A stretch of DNA of 28,293 nt from a virus (lineage: Duplodnaviria; Heunggongvirae; Uroviricota; Caudoviricetes), in IMG/VR virus record IMGVR_UViG_3300031760_000004, positions 1 to 28,293 of that record; one strand, 5' to 3'. This document shows, piece by piece, positions 24,901 to 28,293 of the stretch. Each line of letters begins with the position of its first letter. Position 1 is the first letter of the stretch. Under the pieces are notes generated by a model, which saw only the letters and a program-made list of their open reading frames with translations, had not been told where the DNA came from and made no database searches. The translations under genes were made by a program, and so were the position numbers.

Positions 24901-25365
24901 ATGGAACTGTACTACAAACCAAACAAGCGGGGCGGCGCCCGCATCACCGTAACCGACGACATGCCCGACGAGGTCAAGGCCGCGCAGCGCGCCATAGCGG
25001 CCGCGCAGGGTCTCTTACCCGTCTCAAACGTCGCGCCGCATCCTGCGCCCACTCCGTTCGGCACATACCGTGAACGGCTTCTCCCGGTCACTGACGAGTA
25101 CGGCGGGGTCATCGGGTATTCTCAGTCGTGGGTGTTCTCGCCGGCACGCATCCACCTGTCGCAGTCAAAGCTCGTGGCCGATCCGGCGATCGCGCCTCTC
25201 GTCGCCACGTTGGCCCCCATGTTGCAGCAGGACGAGAAGCTGGCGGCGTGGTGGGCCAACGACATGACGTACGTGCGTGGCTCCGAAATGGCCCAGAAGG
25301 CCATGGAGGTCTTTGGCCTGACGCAGGAGCAGCTGGAGGCCATAGCCTTCCGCTGCCGCGGCTAA
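24901..25365 (+). CDS. Hypothetical, possible tail fibre chaperone
   Basis: AAGGAG at 24887-24892 fits ATG 24901 better than 24895; follows a tail fibre; C-terminal WW...Y.R......FGLT.EQL..I. Confidence 0.55.
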   Translation: MELYYKPNKRGGARITVTDDMPDEVKAAQRAIAAAQGLLPVSNVAPHPAPTPFGTYRERLLPVTDEYGGVIGYSQSWVFSPARIHLSQSKLVADPAIAPLVATLAPMLQQDEKLAAWWANDMTYVRGSEMAQKAMEVFGLTQEQLEAIAFRCRG

Positions 25366-25377
25366 CCGGAGGACGAC

Positions 25378-26148
25378 ATGAAGAAGCTCATAACCAAGAT
25401 CAAGAACTGGATCCGCAAGATCCTCGGCAAGATCGCCCCCGGGATGACCACTCCGTCATGGAAGGAGTGCGTCCACGCCTCGTGCTGGGACGGCAGCAAT
25501 GCACAGAGGCGTATGATGAACATGCTCAGCCCCAAGTTTTCGGACGGCAAGTTCAACGAATACCTGTCCTGGATGAAAAGCCGCGGCTGCGACACCGCCC
25601 ACGTGTTCCTGATGAACGGCGGTGACGGCGAGGGCGCCGGCTACATCGCAACGGACAACACGGGCCTCACCATCAAGCGCCTCAAGAAGTTCCGCTCCGA
25701 GGGATTCGGCGTCGTGGAGTGGATCATGGCCGACGACTCCAGCGCCATGGCCAGGAAGCTCTTTGCCAATCCCGAGCAGTTCATCTCGGCCTTCGACAAG
25801 GCCGGAATCCTGGACTACGCGTCCTACATCGTGCTAGGGCTCGAGATGGATGAGTACGGCAACGCGAACCAGTGGAACGCCGTTCGCAAGGCGGTCAAGA
25901 ACCACTGCCCCAAGATCAAGATCGGCGTACACCACGCGTCTGGAAAATACTCGTTCGCCAACCTTGGCGACATCGTCCTCGACCAGCTCGACCCCAAGGC
26001 GGCCACGAAGTCCGCCATAACGGCCTCGATCAAGAAGATCAGGTCCATGGGCAAGGAGGCGGTTGGATTCGAATACGCCCGCAACGCCAATAGGCAGAAG
26101 GCCCAGTGGGCCCTTGACGCCGGTGCATTTTCAGTGGGTAATTGGTGA
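25378..26148 (+). CDS. Putative TIM-barrel glycoside-hydrolase-like protein
   Basis: GGAGG SD; alternating beta/alpha pattern (SRGCDTAHVFL, IVLGLEMDE, KIGVH, EAVGFEY) with two Glu in clan GH-A-like positions; basic amphipathic N-terminus. ORF is solid, function is tentative. Confidence 0.45.
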   Translation: MKKLITKIKNWIRKILGKIAPGMTTPSWKECVHASCWDGSNAQRRMMNMLSPKFSDGKFNEYLSWMKSRGCDTAHVFLMNGGDGEGAGYIATDNTGLTIKRLKKFRSEGFGVVEWIMADDSSAMARKLFANPEQFISAFDKAGILDYASYIVLGLEMDEYGNANQWNAVRKAVKNHCPKIKIGVHHASGKYSFANLGDIVLDQLDPKAATKSAITASIKKIRSMGKEAVGFEYARNANRQKAQWALDAGAFSVGNW

Positions 26149-26438
26149 TGAGGCGGTTTCCGTACATAGGGCTCGCAAAGCTCGCCGAAGGAGGGGGTTC
26201 GGACCCCAATCTCCAGCGGGCTTCCGAGATCTTCGAGGACTGGCTGGTAAACCGGAAGTACCAGGTGCGGAGGGGCGAGACCCTCTCAGGCATAGCGGCC
26301 AGAAGCGGCGTCCCGATGGAGGAGCTCATGGACGTGAACGGCCTCGCCTCCGCGTTTGTCAAACCGGGCCAGATACTCAGGATCCCGAGCGGGTTCGCCA
26401 AAGGGAAAGGCGGTAGCGATGCCGGCGGTGTCAGGTAG
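26148..26438 (+). CDS. Stand-alone LysM domain protein
   Basis: YQVRRGETLSGIAARSGVPMEELMDVNGL....VKPGQILRIP is a canonical LysM; TGATG overlap start. Confidence 0.9.
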   Translation: MRRFPYIGLAKLAEGGGSDPNLQRASEIFEDWLVNRKYQVRRGETLSGIAARSGVPMEELMDVNGLASAFVKPGQILRIPSGFAKGKGGSDAGGVR

Positions 26439-26796
26439 CCAGCAACGGCTGTTTGGAATGGTCCACGCCTATCAGAAGGGCAAGCTGAAGCACGCCCCGG
26501 AGAAGATAAGGCGCATCGCGAAGCACATCTCCGAGGAGGACGCCGAGCACTTCGCGAAGACGAAGCACGACGGCCTTCCCGAGAGAACTGGAGGCGAGAA
26601 GGAGGCCTCGTCCGGCCAGCCCGTGACGGTCGTCTTCGGCAGGGGGCGGTCGTTCACGTTTCCGTCCATAAAGGCCGCCATCGTATATCTGCAGGCCCTT
26701 CCCGGCATCTCGCCGGCGGATGCCGACGACGCCGTCAGAAACCGCAAGTCCGGCGTCGGGAACGTGAAGCTTACGTATCCGCCGCCCGAGGAGTAG
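26419..26796 (+). CDS. Conserved phage hypothetical (DUF3008-like N-terminus)
   Basis: MPAVSGSQQRLFGMVHAYQKG...IAK.IS..DA..FAKTKH.GLP resembles a motif common in large-phage structural regions; start moved to ATG 26419. Confidence 0.6.
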   Translation: MPAVSGSQQRLFGMVHAYQKGKLKHAPEKIRRIAKHISEEDAEHFAKTKHDGLPERTGGEKEASSGQPVTVVFGRGRSFTFPSIKAAIVYLQALPGISPADADDAVRNRKSGVGNVKLTYPPPEE

Positions 26797-26810
26797 CGGC
26801 GCGACGCGAA

Positions 26811-27353
26811 ATGAAGGAGCATGAAGTGAAACCGCAGATGCCAAGCATCTTCTCGCCGTATCCGGCGTCGTTCTTCCCGGACATAGACACGGCGAGGCAC
26901 GGCCTTGAACGGGCCAAATACGGCAAGGAGCCGTTCAAGGTCACGGACTACAAGGTCTGCATTTTCAACATGGGCAAGGAGAAGGACAGGTCGGAATACG
27001 CCGACCTGATGAAGCGCCTGATGCCCATGGCCCAGGACAGCCAGTGCGTCGTGAACAAGAACGAGCTGCAGGTGCTGAACACCCCCGAGGGCCAGTCGTG
27101 GTACCGGTACGTGGAGTGGTTCGAGTACGTCCTGAACGAGAAGTCCCTCACCACCGGGGCGGATAACGCGGACAATGCGGGAAGCGCGGGTGGCCCAGGC
27201 GGTTCAGCCGGCCATGGCGTGGAAAAGCCCGCGGCCGAGCCCTCCGACTTCGCCGGGGCTGAACCATCCGAAGACGGAGAGGACAGCAACGACGGAGACG
27301 GCGAGGACGACGTCGGCAATGACATGGCCACCGACGGCTTCCTGGACGCCTAG
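26811..27353 (+). CDS. Hypothetical protein with acidic, Gly/Ala-rich disordered tail
   Basis: 180-aa ORF; alternative GTG start at 26826 downstream of AAGGAG. Confidence 0.7.
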   Translation: MKEHEVKPQMPSIFSPYPASFFPDIDTARHGLERAKYGKEPFKVTDYKVCIFNMGKEKDRSEYADLMKRLMPMAQDSQCVVNKNELQVLNTPEGQSWYRYVEWFEYVLNEKSLTTGADNADNAGSAGGPGGSAGHGVEKPAAEPSDFAGAEPSEDGEDSNDGDGEDDVGNDMATDGFLDA

Positions 27354-28141
27354 CCGAGCGCCTCGGCGCGCAGCCTCCTGTCCTCAGCCGGGTCATTGAA
27401 CTTCATGTATCTGGCCGGGATGCGGTACATTTTCGAATGTCCGCTCAGACTCACCCCTATGTGCACGAACGGCAGGTTGCGGCCGTACTGGGAGAACGTG
27501 TCCCATCCCGACGGCCACGCAACGTACGGGGGCATTGAGCCGTAGCCCGTGGCGTGGTTGTACCTGTATGCCGCGGTCCTTTCGGCGTCGCTTGGCTTGA
27601 CGTTCTCCGGATATTTCCCGATTAGGTCGGTAAGCTCCCTGGTGACCACGGCGACCTGGTTGTTGAACGTGAACAGCTGGTGGTACGCGGACCTCACCTT
27701 CAGCAGGTCTGGGCTCCCCTGGAACGGCAGGAGCTCGTTTCCGTGCCGGTACATCATGCCCAGCCTCAGCGAACCTATCCACAGCCTGTCCATCTTGGCG
27801 ACCCACGTGCCGATGTCCAGCGGCCTGTCCAGCATCCAGTCGTCCTCGAGCCTCAGGCACTTCGTCGCGCCTGGGTCGGAGAACGCGTCTTCAAGCCCGA
27901 TGTTCATCGAGGCCCCCAGCCCGTGCCTGCCGTCCGTGGTGACGTGCACCGCCGGTTCGATTCCGTGGCGCCTGTAAACGGCCACGACGGCCTCCACGTG
28001 GCCCGGGACCGACATGTCGTCGCACACTATGTGGCGGGGCGAATACCCGGACGCGCCCAGGTTGGACAGCAGGGCGTCCACGGTCGCGCACGCGCATCCG
28101 GTGCGGTCCTTTGTCAAGAGGACTATCGGCAGCGTTTCCAT
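27350..28141 (-). CDS. GT2-like (GT-A fold) glycosyltransferase
   Basis: IVLLTKDR, HIVCDDMS, GLGASMNIGL and LRLEDDW follow the GT-A nucleotide-binding and DxD-like layout. Confidence 0.75.
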   Translation of the reverse strand: METLPIVLLTKDRTGCACATVDALLSNLGASGYSPRHIVCDDMSVPGHVEAVVAVYRRHGIEPAVHVTTDGRHGLGASMNIGLEDAFSDPGATKCLRLEDDWMLDRPLDIGTWVAKMDRLWIGSLRLGMMYRHGNELLPFQGSPDLLKVRSAYHQLFTFNNQVAVVTRELTDLIGKYPENVKPSDAERTAAYRYNHATGYGSMPPYVAWPSGWDTFSQYGRNLPFVHIGVSLSGHSKMYRIPARYMKFNDPAEDRRLRAEALG

Positions 28142-28142
28142 G

Positions 28143-28293
28143 CTAAGCCTTGAGTTTTCTGTGTGTGTCTGGTATCTCTATCTTGAACCACCTGCTGCCA
28201 CGGTACATGCGTTTCGGAAGCCAGAACACACCGGCTTGCCTTGGATCCAGCCTCCACATCACGTACGGGAACGAGATCTGGTCCCTTGTGCAC
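28143..28293 (-). CDS. Partial DUF616 (TOD1/MUCI70)-like glycosyltransferase, C-terminus
   Basis: My translation of the - strand gives CTRDQISFPYVMWRLDP...HRKLKA*; RDQ(I/L)SF.Y..W is the motif I associate with DUF616. Joined to the GT2 gene by TAG-C-ATG. Confidence 0.55.
   Translation of the reverse strand, partial: CTRDQISFPYVMWRLDPRQAGVFWLPKRMYRGSRWFKIEIPDTHRKLKA

Noticed and set aside
27282-27293. EDSNDG (and EESNDG at about 10511, DSNT at about 305, DSNI at about 7246) as further DSN tract copies
   Set aside because: Single units without the tandem structure or the TCA-containing 12-mer; compatible with chance in acidic segments
191-28153. Many long antisense and alternative-frame ORFs in the six-frame track (for example 7129-7977, 10480-11373, 11397-12290 on -)
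   Set aside because: Expected shadows of GC3-rich genes. They are either Ser/Thr/Pro-rich or Arg/Gly/His-rich, have no motifs, and fully overlap better-supported genes
1-28293. Stop-codon reassignment as seen in some large phages
   Set aside because: Standard code gives near-complete coding density, and TAG, TGA and TAA all end genes at tight junctions

Overview
GC-rich, densely packed window that reads as the baseplate/tail/fibre module of a large contractile-tailed (myovirus-like) phage or prophage. 28 genes run on the + strand (1-27353) and meet two glycosyltransferase-like genes on the - strand. Gene order: gp25-like wedge, baseplate J-like, two further baseplate-type proteins, a 1030-aa fibre-like protein, five tandem paralogues sharing an N-terminal aromatic-x3-N-x4-aromatic-P-F motif, a Cys-rich collagen-like fibre, two small proteins, an S8 subtilisin, a second collagen fibre with CBM-like modules, a compositionally mosaic adhesin block (ConA/LamG-like and BspA-like LRR), a separately promoted tail-fibre block, a putative TIM-barrel hydrolase plus a stand-alone LysM protein, then GT2-like and DUF616-like glycosyltransferases. 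The most unusual signal is a dispersed in-frame (Asp-Ser-Asn)n repeat at six sites in five genes. Every site contains D-S-N-D-S, which matches the bacterial N-glycosylation sequon, and five sites share a DNA 12-mer. Together with GPT-rich collagens and adjacent glycosyltransferases, this suggests a possible virion-glycosylation or tagging system. All family calls are from motif recognition by eye; no database searches were run. Several starts were moved from the ORF track using gene overlaps and Shine-Dalgarno (SD) motifs.
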